In this document: in pieces, positions 41,023 through 53,470 of the stretch
Layout: every line of letters starts with the position of its first letter
Numbering within the stretch: position 1 is the stretch's first letter
Source of the DNA: Euprymna scolopes
Lineage: Eukaryota
NCBI GenBank assembly: GCA_053919585.1
Contig: CM132783.1
Reading direction: 5' to 3' (one strand)
Length of the DNA: 64,000 bases
Translations under genes and position numbers: made by a program
Notes under the pieces: generated by a model
The model's database searches: none
What the model saw: the letters and a program-made list of their open reading frames with translations, nothing else
What the model was told of the DNA's origin: nothing

Positions 41023-41959
41023 CGTTTTTTTTTTTTTTTTTTTTTTTAATTTTTATTTTACATCGGAGAGATCACTGTGAGATCGCTTAAGGAATATATG
41101 ATTATACTAGCAATCACAGAGTAACTTATTTATCATAAGATAGTGCACCCGATAAGATATCCATACGAACAGTGTAAAAGTTAAGCAACGTGAAATAGAA
41201 ATGAGACACAAGACGAAAAAGGTCCGCACATTTTAAATAGAAATATGTTAAGCCGCCTACTTTCTTCCCGTTCTGGCTTGTCGAACTCGAAGCACTCGGT
41301 GAACGATTGGAAAGTAAAACACAGACGCCCGCCTACTGACTAGCATATCCGATTTCTTTTACCCATCAGCTGGCAGGCAGATGTATAAATGTATAAGAAC
41401 CAAAAGTCTAAAATCCCTTGTTACCGATACAGACGTGATAAAAGGTATGTCGGCCTGTGTGCGCAATATAAAGATGGAGGTCTAGCATTAAAATGATAAT
41501 GGAACTCCGGAGCGCACATATCTCCGCTACATATTTTTTATTTTCCTCTCATTAGAACCATAGGACATGCGAGGCATAATCCAAACAAACACTTAAAATT
41601 AGACATGGTGAAAAATATAGCAAAATATCTATATGACTGGAAATTGGTTTCTTGTCGATTTTATTTTCGGCAATTAACTTACCACTTTCATATTGTATTA
41701 ATACAGAGCACCTGTTATTTTCAAATAGTTACACTTTACTATGTAAATATAAATAAAGTTCAATGTTGTTTATCTTTGATGATTCAATAAAAAATAGTTT
41801 TCTCAAAATGAAAGCTTTAACTAGTAATACTGACTGTTTACTAAAGAGGTGTATAAGATTTGCTTAGTATAACGTTTATATTTACTCACCATGTGAATAG
41901 AGATTAACACCACATTAATTTGATAAATTAGTAATAAGTTTACAAATTGGCCCAGTTAT

Positions 41960-42934
41960 AAACTTAACGATCCAAGGACGCTGTAAAAATAAAACGACCA
42001 ATCAACGTGTGGCACCACGGTGGTTAAGGAAATTTAGTAATTAAGAGCGACTGCGGTTGATAACGAACATTTAAAGCCTTAATTGAAGCCGATCCTCGTA
42101 AAACCACACGAGAAGTTGCTGTTGAACTCGAGGTCGACCACTCAACAGACATTCGCCATTTAAAGCAAATAGGGAAGTCACAAAAAGTTGGATAAATGTG
42201 TGTCGCATTAATTGAGCGATAATAATAGAAAAAAAAAACACATCGTTTTGAGGTTTCGATTACGCTCCGTCTGCGCAACAAAAACGACCCATTTCCGTGG
42301 CGGATTGTGACGTGTGATGGAAAGTGGGTCCTCTACGACGACCAGCGACAGTTGGCAAGGTGGTTGGATGCCAGAGAAACTCCATAATACTTCCCGGAGC
42401 TGAAATTGCACCAAAAAAGGTTATGTTTACTGTTTGGTTATTTTGAATCCAGACGAAACTATTACGGCGGAGAGGTAATGCGGAAAAATTGACGAAATGC
42501 ACCCGAAGCTCCAACCTATGTGCTCGAGAATTGGCCAATATCAAGGGGCCAATTCTCCTCCATGACAACGATCGCCCGAATGTTGCTCAACTGAATTTGC
42601 AAGAAGCTGATCGAATTGGGCTACGAGACTCTGCCTCATCCGCCATGTTTAACAGACATCTCGCACACCGCTTATCACTTTTTCAAGCATATTTGCAACG
42701 TCCTGCGGGAAAAACGCTTCAAAAGCCGACATAATGTCGAGTCGACCTTCAATGACTTGATGTCTTCCAGAAATCTTGATTTCTACGCTAAGAGGATAAA
42801 TACACTTGTGTCTCTTTGGCAAAAATGTGTCGATTATAATGGTTCTCATTTTCAGTAATTGAGTTTACTATGAAAGGTTTTATGATCTTATGAAATTGAA
42901 CGTCAAAAATGACATTATTTTTGCACCAACCTAA
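41960..42934 (+). mobile_element. mariner (DD34D, Hsmar1/cecropia-like) relic
   Basis: KALIEADPRKTTREVA, RIVTCDGKWVLYD, LLHDND, YETLPHPPCLTDIS..YHFF, WQKCVDYNG; 3' TIR ttatttttgcaccaacctaa + TA. Confidence 0.9.
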
Positions 42935-43193
42935 TAACAGCTAGGAGAGACATGTTTCCAAATATGTCTCATATTTCGCCTCATTGGTTTTCATACGTAA
43001 ATACATTCACGGTGTATAGGGATCAGTTGATACTGGACATGTTCATGATTGTGCCCTAGTTCCAAAAGAGAGCGAAATATAACAGATGAGAAATATTTGG
43101 AATCAAGTCTCCCCTGCTGTTATTTAAGGTCATTTGACATCATAGCAGCAAACATTAGTCTTCCCTCAATAAAGGTCAGAGGTACAGAGGTAT

Positions 43194-43265
<72 letters not shown>

Positions 43266-43796
43266 CACACGAGAGGCATCCCAAAAATAATGTCTATATA
43301 TATTTTTTTTTATTTTGTAGGAATGAATTACAGGAGGTTGCAAATTACATTATTATGATGATTGAACATATTCTTCGATGACATAAAAGATTCATTTCCC
43401 CGTTGCAGATATTAACGGTATGAGACTTTAAGAAAGGAGCGCATTTCATGGACGTACGTCAATAGCAGAAATGTGTCATTTGATGTCTATCAAAAATACA
43501 TTGTGTATTCTGGTTAATATCTAGAAAAATACATTCTGGGCACAAAAGGTCGTTCGTTTTAATGGTACCCTTTCTGCCTTCAACATTGTTAGATTAAAAA
43601 ATAGAAGGTTTTACTTTGGACCGACCATAGTGTATATTATTATTATTACTATCCATATATTAATATGATTGTCCGTACGGTGTCACGTCATCATCATCGC
43701 AAACATTAATTAATGTGAATTGTCTCCCTTTATTGTTCACTCTTCATTAGTTAAAAAAATCATTAACCCCTTTTATTTTCCAAAACTTCCCGAAAC

Positions 43797-43888
<92 letters not shown>

Positions 43889-45521
43889 CTGTCTATATAT
43901 GGTTCTGGATTATTTTAAAGACAATTATGCATAGAAGGTATCGTTCCACAGTTTAAATAGTATAGTATTTTACTTACATTTTTAACGATGTCTTCTGTTT
44001 ATTATTGTAGTGAATACGGAACGCTTATTCTATTTTATTCAGTAATAAATATATATTTTTACATTTAACGTTAGGAGTTCGTTTTTTTTTTTTTACTGCG
44101 CTACTTTATCTTTTTTTTTATTGTGCCACTTTATCTTTTTTTTATTTACTTTTGAGTGAGCCTTACATAACAAAAAATATGTTTAGAAATACATGTTACA
44201 AAAGTCAAGAATTACTTTATTAAATAAATCACCAAAGTGACCATTCGCAAATACACTGAGTAACACAGAGTCAAAACATATTTTACGTCTTGTTCTGTTT
44301 TGTTTTGCTTTTGTTTTACGGCATATCACTCCTTTTTCATGTTATTTAATGCCGAATCGAGTAATTTTGTAAAATTTATACATCGTCACGTTGTTTACAT
44401 AGTTATTATTTATGGTTTGTCTGTTTTATTTTGCTTCTTTTACAGGCATTCATCATCTTCTGTCAACCGACAGGGCATACATATTTAAATACTATAAAAA
44501 ATGGACACAACATTGTTTTGAATATGAAATAAAACACTTTGTTTCATTACTTACGATTTAATTTATTTAAAGAAATATTTATTTCCTATTTAAAGATTTT
44601 CAGTATATTTTATTTAACTGAGGAAATATTTATTGTTCATAAATATATTTTTTCCATTATTTTTATTACATTGTTAGGTGAAGTTTCAGAATAGTTAACC
44701 CCCTCCCCATATTGAGAATGGCTTTCGGCATAATTCTTACAATAGCGGTATCAAAGTTTTTTTATTTTTTTATTTTAAAACAAATTATAAAAAAAATACA
44801 CGACCATTAATTTTTTTTCATTAAATCGCTACTTAGGTGAAGGTGCAAAATAGTTAACCCTTCTCCCCCATACCCGTTTTTTTATGCAGTAAAATACTGT
44901 TTCAATAATTATGGTTTAAATAAATATGTATTCTTTATTTAAAGATTTACAGTATAATTTATTTAACTGAAGAAATATTTATTGTTCATACATATATTTT
45001 TCCCTTATTTTTTTACAGTGTTTCGTAAAGTTTCAGAATAGTTAACCCCCTTCCCTTATTAAGAATGGCTTTCAGCATGATTCTTACAATAGTGCTATCA
45101 AAGTTTATTGATTTTTCTTATTTAACAAAAATTATAAAAAAGATACAAGAACATTTTAAACATTTTTTTTCATTAAATGGTTATCTAGGTTAAGCTTAAG
45201 AATAGTCAAACCCTCTACCCTTATTAAGAATGGCGTTTTTATTATTGCAGCATGATGCTTACATTTTTCTTAATATAATAAAAGATAAAAAAAAATGTTA
45301 AGCTTTTTTTTTAAATTAAAATGTTAGATCAAAGTTCGGAATAACTTACTTTATAGCCAATTAGCCAGCTGTATTAAAATGCATTTAATATCTAATAAGG
45401 TTTTCGCTCCAATTGTCACAGCAGACGATATCGATTCAAAGGAGGTAATTCGTCAACAATTGTTTTAGCCGAATTTTACGGTAAAGTGTAGTGGTGAATA
45501 TATTATACATATCCCCCAGTT

Positions 45522-46019
45522 TGTATTTATTTGCTTCTCACTGAGCAAATTAGGCACAAGGCCGTTTTTTTAATGTGGAGAGAGAGGGAGAGGGGAGGGA
45601 AATGGGGACCAGCTCCCGATGGGTGGGAAATGGGAGTTTGATAGGAACTGTGTGTATGAAGGGTTGCCCCTACACTGACCAAGATAGATATGTGGGGTTA
45701 CCCCCACATATGGGCTTTGCTAGCAGTATCTGTCGGAACAGTTGGTTTATTTGCTTCCCCACTGAGCAAATTAGGCACAAGGCCGTTTTTTAATGTGGAG
45801 AGAGAGGGAGGGGGAGGGAAAGGGGGATCCAGCTCCCGAGAGGCTGGATAGTAACTGTGGTTTCTAGGGTGATCCCTACATTGACCAAGTTCAGATATGT
45901 GGGGTTACCCCCACATATGGTCATTGCTAGTCATAGCTAGTCTTTGCTTCAGCATCTGTCGGAACAGATACTGCACTTTGATCTTGTCGCCCGGGCCGCA
46001 AAGGGCGGGGGTCAGTGTA
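45522..46019 (-). mobile_element. Dimeric structured SINE-like retroposon
   Basis: Perfect 18-bp TSD tatacatatcccccagtt (45504-45521 / 46020-46037); two ~220-270-bp related units, each ending agcaaataaa on the minus strand. Confidence 0.8.
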
Positions 46020-46038
46020 TATACATATCCCCCAGTTA

Positions 46039-47546
46039 TTCATTTGATAAAAGCAATATTTAATGAGCATGGTTCTTCTTGCCAGGCAATGGGTTTACTT
46101 GAACCAACAGGTGATCCTCCAATAGATAATATGACTCGAAATACAAACCGGCATAATGTTGAATTCCTAAACAATGAACAATTAGAGGTATTTAATACTA
46201 TAATCAAGGCTGTCATGGCAACTGAAAAAGAAGCCCCACACAACAATTGCTTCTATTTAGATGCCCCAGCAGGATCAGGAAAAAAAAATTTATTCAACAT
46301 GTTATATGATTACTTCACCTCCAGCAGTACTGTAACCGCCACTGCGACATTGCTGCAATGCTACTAACTTCAGGAAAAACACTCCACATTATATTCAAAC
46401 TACGTGTACCTCTGACAGAAACCAGTGTCTGTAACGTTTCTCCTCTATCAGAGCATGCTTTTTTTGAGAAAGGTAAAGGTATTCATCATAGACGAAGCCT
46501 CTATGATACCTAATCATGCACTGCTTGCTATAGATAGATATTTACAAGATATAATGGGTACCGATAAAATATTTGGTGGAAAATTTCTCATACTTGGAGG
46601 TGATCTCAGACAAATTTTGCCAGTAGTGCCACATGGATCACCTACATCTATTATAGACACCTGTCTTAAAAGATGCCCATTGTGGCATCATTTCAGTCAA
46701 TTACAACTAACACAAAACGCCAGAAGTAACATAAATGAACAGGAGTTTTGTAGATGGCTCCTTCATCTTGGTAACGGTACACTAATGAGCAGTCTTAATG
46801 ACGTTCCTGTAGATGCCATAGATGTTCCTGGTGATTCGGTATGTAATGGTTCTCTAATCTCAGAAATATTTGATTGCAGCCCTCAAGAAATGGAAAATAG
46901 AATCATCATGACTCCAAAAAATACAGAATGTTTAACAGTAAATGTAGAAATTCTAAATAATCTTTCCGGAGGCATAAATACATATTTAAGTACAGATTAC
47001 ATCTCCGATGATGATGCTGAACATCAAAAGTATCCTATCGAGTTCATAAATTCATTAACTCCATCTGGAATGTCACCTCACCGACTTAATGTGAAAATAG
47101 GGGCAATAGTAATACGACTGCGAAATTTATCCATAAATCAAGGACTTTGTAATGGAACTAGGATGAAAATAAAAGAATGTCATCAAAACAGCATCATTGC
47201 TATTTTAATTAATGGATCTAATAGAGGTTCAACAGTTATCATTCCAAGAATTAAGTTAAAGCCAAGTGATACAAATATTCCGTTTGCATTTCATCGGATA
47301 CAGTTTCCAATACGATTAGCATATTCACTGACCACCAATAAAGCACAAGGCCAAACTTTAGATAAGGCTGGTATATATCTTCAACAACCTGTATTTTCTC
47401 ATGGTCAACTCTATGTGGCATGTTCAAGAGCTCGATCTAAGTACAGTGTGAAATTTAAGGTAATGCAACTGCATAGAAATGATAATCAGGACAGAAAGTG
47501 TGGTGTAACATATACTAAGAATATTGTTTACCGTGAAGTGTTATGA
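46039..47546 (+). pseudogene. Helitron Pif1-like helicase fragment
   Basis: LDAPAGSGK (Walker A), frameshift, then 373-aa ORF with IIDEASM, GGDLRQILPV, GLCNGTR, KAQGQT, HGQLYVACSR. Confidence 0.95.
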
Positions 47547-49891
47547 AAACAATCAGGAACAGTTATGGAATCTAAAAATTAACTTGAATGTAAATATGAT
47601 TTTGGAAAAAAAAATTTGTAATTGCTTTCCTTATATTTAAAATTCATAATTTGATGAGAAAGTAGTGTACAGTTTGTTTAACTTTACTTAATTATATAAC
47701 ATTGACATAAATTTTATAGGTACAACCTACCTCACATCATTTTGATTATTGAAAAAATCATAATTTTACTGTACTTCGTAAGATTTACAGAAACACTTCA
47801 TTTTATATGCTTGTAATACACAAGAATCTGAATATTATAACAGATTACAATGTTTTTATCGAAAAAAATGTTTGTACAGAAAATTCAAAGTGTTCTATTT
47901 ATATTATCAGGAAGTTGTGATGCATTTATTGAAATCTATATTAATAATTTGACTTAAAAAATATTTGTGAATCTCAAAATCTTCATTGGATAAAATTGAA
48001 AAATAAATAGAAAAGTCTATTGCATATGTAAAAGTTGACGGTTGCTTCTTTAACTTCATTAAACGCTATCAAAGTCAACCAAGAGCTGCTCAATATTCTG
48101 GCTTAATGGATCATTTAGCAAGGAATGAAGATGGCGATTCTGGTGTACCAGTTATTCTACCATCTACAGTTACAGGAAGTTCTAGGAATCTACAACAGCT
48201 TTATCAAGATGCAATGCCAGTTTTCTGTTACCTATTCATTACTTACACATGTAATCCGAGATGTCCTGAAATATTAAACAACTTGGGGTCATCAGAACTT
48301 TCACAAAATCGATGTCAATAATGTCACAGTTTTTTTTTTTAATTCACAGTCTGACTCCCCAGAACCTGCTGACTGACCACTATTCTCACTCCAAGCAGCT
48401 GATCGACGTCCCTGTCACCGCCTCAATCATCACCAGCACTTCCTGACAATATCAACAGCATCAGTTACAATCATACTGACCTTCAATAAAAGTTTAAACT
48501 AAAGTACTTTGTTTGTTCTACTTGCTTCCATACGTTCAATTTTGTAATATAGCAATTTCTTACTGATGTGTTTTAAAAGATTTTAACTACCTTGGAATTA
48601 ANNNNNNNNNNNNNNNNNNNNNNNNNNNNNNNNNNNNNNNNNNNNNNNNNNNNNNNNNNNNNNNNNNNNNNNNNNNNNNNNNNNNNNNNNNNNNNNNNNN
48701 NNNNNNNNNNNNNNNNNNNNNNNNNNNNNNNNNNNNNNNNNNNNNNNNNNNNNNNNNCAACAGAAAATTGCATAAATTCTAAGAAAGCATAAATCATACA
48801 GTCGTGTACCTGTCATATTCTACGACCGCGCAAATGGATAGATACATCAAATACAATGAGATTGATGTGTAACGCAAGTAAACTAAGAGAACGACAGATT
48901 GTCATTAAAAATAAAACAATCAAAACAGCAAAAAAGATAGACCGAGCGAAAATGGCGAATTTTAAAGGGCAAGGAAGCTGAAATGCATTAAATACATACA
49001 CTTGATTTAATCCAGTAAATAATGTCAATCACATTTCGGTGCTCAACAAGGTTAATTTTCTGTCATTGATCAAATGACATGCGCGACCAATTTCTGAATC
49101 ACTTTCAGACAAAGTTTCGAAATGGATCAATTTTCGTTATTGAAAAGTTAACGAGGCGTTCTATGCCAGAATGTGCGATTCATCTCTCCAAAACACGGGA
49201 TCACCGATGGGAAATCACGGAGATTTGAAAAGGTCACGTAAGATGGTCAACTTTGGTTTCGACGCATCAGGGCCGGCTGATAATGGGAGCGACAGCGAGG
49301 AGGCGGGTGTTGTTCAAACACCAGAAAGTAACTGGAGTGTGAAAGCTGAAGATGTGGAAGATTGAGATGAAATTGAAGATCCGTTTCATTAATTCATGAT
49401 TTGCCATAATGGGTGTGAGCTTCCAATAGATCGGATTTCCAAACGACAAATTAATTATGTAAGTAGAACAAAGACAAAAACCACACTAACAATAATTATA
49501 GTAGCAGTGGAAAATAAAATACTACTACTACTACTACTAATACTACTACTAATAATAATAATAATTGCAATTACTATAAACACTCTAACTCTAAAACGCA
49601 TATGGTGACTCGAGCCTCTACTTTCGAAATGTGAGGAAGATACCGAGAAGTGGGATCGTCAGTCAGGTCCCTGCTAGAACGAGTACTAAGATATTGAATA
49701 GATTTAATCGAAGTTGTGACAATCGTTCAGTCTAGAGAGATAACCGATTCACTGTAATAGTAACTGGCCATGAGATTGGCAAGCACGGAATGTGTAATCC
49801 ACATCCAAACATATCCTGAATCGGCACTGCTTACTTCCGGTGGCAAAAGGGTTTATCATTTGGCTTAAAATAATACCGAGATAAGCGGGGA

Positions 49892-50008
49892 GAACATACA
49901 GCACTTGGTATTCTTAAACGGTCACCCATTTTAATAATCCTCGGGCTTAACGTCGCTTAACTTCAACAATGTAACGAGCACTAATATGTCACTGTGATTA
50001 TGTGAATA
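49892..50008 (-). pseudogene. 5S rRNA-derived sequence (pseudogene or SINE3 head)
   Basis: Plus strand tacagcacttggtattcttaaacggtcacccat..gcttaacttc..acgag aligns with the reverse complement of animal 5S rRNA (TACAGCACCCGGTATTCCCAGGCGGTCTCCCAT..GCTTAGCTTC..ACGAG). Confidence 0.75.
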
Positions 50009-50353
50009 CGCTTATTGCCATAGAAATTCCTTTGACGAACTCTCGCCTTTGTCAGCAGGTAATTGATGGTAATCTGCTGTTGACATAAGGCAATCATTAT
50101 CGTGAGTGATGGAGAGTGTTGTTAATCTAGGGATACTTGTTTTTACTCAAACTGCAGAGTAAACTAGTGCAAATTGTCAGTGGGAGATTATAAAATATAA
50201 CTTGCATAAAATTTTACTCATTGAATATTAATAATACAAATAACAAAAACAACAGCAACAACAACTATAATAATACTATTTCTACTGCTACTACTACTAC
50301 TAATAATAATAATAAGACGAAGAAGAAAAAGAAGAAGAAAAAAGAAGAAGAAA

Positions 50354-50850
50354 ACGCAGAACACACACGACTGTGTGCAGAAAGTAGTGCGCTAGAGACT
50401 CTGTAAACGACTGCACTTAAAACATGCAGTCAGACGGTACAAGCAATTATCAGAGACAGTACTAAAAACAAAAACAAAAACAACAACATCCTGTGGCACA
50501 TGTAAATACGAGCAGATAAACTGATCCAAGCAAACAGGACGGACGTAATGATGATTAACAAGAATTAATTTAATTACAAAATTTAAGAGTTTGCTGCTCT
50601 GAGAGACCAATGAGTAAAGATAAAAAGGTGAATAAACGAAGCAAACGAACGAAAATTGCCAGAGAACTGAACGGTATATGTAACATAGAGGAAAGCAGTA
50701 CGATATAAATAATACTAATAAATGTAGAGACACTAATAAAGGTTTTGAAAGCCCTGGAAAAAAAGACTAGGAACAATTTATATCAAAGGGAAGTTTGGGA
50801 TTATACAGGAAAACAGTTTAAATCCCAAGGAAAACAATTCAATGAAGAAT
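50354..50850 (+). mobile_element. RLE-type non-LTR 3' relic
   Basis: IRADKLIQANRTDVMMINK..EFAA..VKIK..IAREL..ALEKRLG; follows (AAT)n(AAG)n. Confidence 0.6.
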
Positions 50851-51320
50851 CAAATACACGTAAACAACAATGGCTAACGAGCCACATGGGAATTACAACA
50901 TAAGTTTAAAAAAAAGAAGACGAAAAACCATAGGAACTGAAATCCTGAAACTGAAATTGAAAGAAAGTTTATAAACTGCCTCACTCACCCCTAAAATGTA
51001 ATATCGACCGTGTCTTCTACCACACAGCATAATCGTGGAAAAACATTGTTCAGACCTCTACTGGGTGAGTAAGAAAAATGCTAAGCCCTGTGAGAGACGA
51101 GTTACGACTCTAATTCTAGTCAAGAGCAATATTCATTGCTAAGAAAGAATCAATATAAAACGGCGGTTACGATAAAGCAAAGTCATTTACAGAGATTATC
51201 GAAATGGTTGGTCAGTACTGGAAATCCGGGGAGACTTGTCATAAGGCATTAGTGAACGCCACCGATATTATCACTGAATATTGTCTGTTAATGACTTATG
51301 TGAAACTTCTAGTGAGTACA

Positions 51321-51378
<58 letters not shown>

Positions 51379-51745
51379 GTGATGAAACCAGCACATGCTT
51401 ACACCATAAAGTAGGTCTGAAGTATCCAGGAAAATTAAATGTCGTAAACTGCATAAGTCTATCCAAACCTCTTCTGGATATTACCAGTAATGTTGGGAAC
51501 TTTAGGATCCTTAAACTATTCAATTAATAGAGGAAAAATGCAATGGTTATTTACACTGAGAAATCAATTATAAGCGGATGTTGCAATAACTAAAATAATT
51601 TACATTGATTATCAAAACTGATTGAGAGCACGGAAAATCGCGGGTTGACATTTTACAACTCAGACATTAAAGAACATCATTGTTTATGATGTGAACACTT
51701 ACTGATTATTATCTGAATGAAATATCCCATTTAGTACATGATGAA

Positions 51746-51777
<32 letters not shown>

Positions 51778-51824
51778 GACGAAGATGAAGAAGAAGAAGA
51801 AGAAGTAGAAGAAGAAGAAAATAA

Positions 51825-52000
51825 TGCGCCAGAAATAATTATAAATACAATGAATATAATACTAATAATCATAGGAGCATTAGGAGAAATCTTGATAAAC
51901 CTTTAAAAAATACAAGTAGAATGTTTTATAATAGAGATGACAAGGGCTATGCAAAAGAGTGCTATGACAAAATACAGCCGATATTAAACAGATCTTCACC
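51825..52000 (+). mobile_element. RLE-type non-LTR extreme 3' relic
   Basis: LIIIGALGEI..RAMQKSAM..RILN; follows (AAT)n(AAG)n. Confidence 0.55.
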
Positions 52001-52711
52001 AGAAGGTGTCGATGAATAGAGTAATGTTTTGAAGTTTATTATCACTAAAATTCCAGAAAAAGTCGAACAATCGCTGCCAACAAAGAAATAATGTGCAGCC
52101 ATCATTGCGATAACAGAATATAATCCGAACGATAATTCAAATTCCATCATAATGAAAGTCAGTATTCTTTGAGTAATATTTTCTAGGAAGTGTGAGATAA
52201 TAAAGAACCGATGGAATGTAAAATGCTTATAGTAACAGGTTGATGAGAAACCATGCATTATGTAACTTGTAGTAATATAGTAATTGGGATTATGTACATG
52301 TTTGTTTGAAGTCGAAATTCTACTATAACTTTTATTAATCGTACTATTTTCGTAATATACAATTACATTAGCGTCACTATTTACAACCACTGTACTATAC
52401 ATTTCATGCAGGCTATAGGTAATATCTATTTTCCTTTTAGATCAATGTTGCCAAGTATTATGTACTTTTTTTAATTATAGTAATATCTGTTCTGTTTCTA
52501 TTTTCTTTGCCCGCAACAACGGAAAAAATACATAGTTGATTTATAATGTAGGGAAAAATCCAACCCCTACAAAAAATGAGTGTATAATGATTTATTCCTA
52601 AATTTAAAAATATTTTCTTGGACAAAAGTATAGCATCAGAAAAATGCTCCCAGACATGACATACTTTTGGATGAGGTAGTTTAATATATCATGATATCAT
52701 AGACTCTCAGT

Positions 52712-52890
52712 AGGACGGTGACAACAGAATATTCTTTTCATTCTTTTGATTCTCAAGTATATATCCGACACAGTAAGACACAGTCAATAAAACGAGCACC
52801 AAACCAGTCTTTATAAAAACATATAAGATATTAACGGATATATACTAAAGAATCAAAACAATAGAAAGAATATGCTGTTGTCACAATCCT
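52712..52890. mobile_element. MITE-like element
   Basis: 27-bp imperfect inverted repeats aggacggtgacaacagaatattcttttc / gaaagaatatgctgttgtcacaatcct. Confidence 0.55.
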
Positions 52891-52894
52891 TTTT

Positions 52895-53470
52895 CATTGG
52901 AGATGGGAGGGTGTTTTGTAACTATTCTGTGCTTTCAACTAACAATTTATTAAAAAAATAAGATATCGTGAAATCATAAAATTTTTTTTAAAAAATGTGA
53001 AAGTATACGTCACACGATTGTTGCGATTTTGATTTTTTTACCTTAGATTGTTAGGTTAAAGTTTTTTTTTCTTTTTTTTCAGAAAACTTTTAACAAAATT
53101 GGAAGTACACATTTTTTAACAGAAGTTGTTTTTTTATAAGAAATTATGAATGTTTTGTCTTCATTAAAGTAATTGTTACGTGAAATACGGATACGTTTCT
53201 ACCAAGAAAACCGTTATTTTTTTAGCCATTCTGACCATGGGGAGGGTATGGTGTTTGGTAACTATCCTGTGCTTTCAACTAACAATTTATTTTTAAAAAA
53301 ACGAAACAAAAGGTAAATTTTCACATAAGGTCCACCTCAACAATTTTTAACATGGGTAGGTTGGGAGTGTATATTCCGAAAGCAATTCTTAACATGGGGA
53401 GAATTGTGGTATTCATTCCAAAAGCCATTCTTAATATAGGGAGGTTAGACGCGTTCTTAATAGGTGGATT
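52895..53470. repeat. Repeat cluster related to the Helitron subterminal repeats
   Basis: gggagggt..gtaactat.ctgtgctttcaactaacaattt twice, plus ~42-bp units ca/attcttaacatgggg; resembles 33390-33440. Confidence 0.5.

Larger units (their letters stand above)
43652..48601 (+). mobile_element. Helitron copy B, internally deleted; 3' end runs into an N gap
   Basis: 5' a|TCCATATATTAATATG; 43652-45486 mirrors A 34905-32941; 46039-48600 mirrors A 29019-26505; start of the 3' hairpin (actaccttggaatt) abuts the gap. Confidence 0.95.

Noticed and set aside
45526-45600. Twister- or HDV-like ribozyme in the dimeric insert (ggcacaaggcc..gtggag)
   Set aside because: Lacks the UAA cleavage motif and matching T1 pseudoknot of twister, and lacks the P3/P1.1/P4 topology of HDV; no hammerhead core seen
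27552-47546. Functional trans-complementation between Rep of A and helicase of B
   Set aside because: B has no promoter and a frameshift after Walker A; A Rep is frameshifted from its N-terminus and has E-to-G in the VxEFQxRG motif
49171-49365. Acidic 64-aa ORF as a host exon or piggyBac N-terminus
   Set aside because: No recognisable domain, termini or splice context to support a call
53330-53470. ~42-bp periodic repeats as a CRISPR array
   Set aside because: Tandem degenerate units without unique spacers, eukaryotic context, no cas genes
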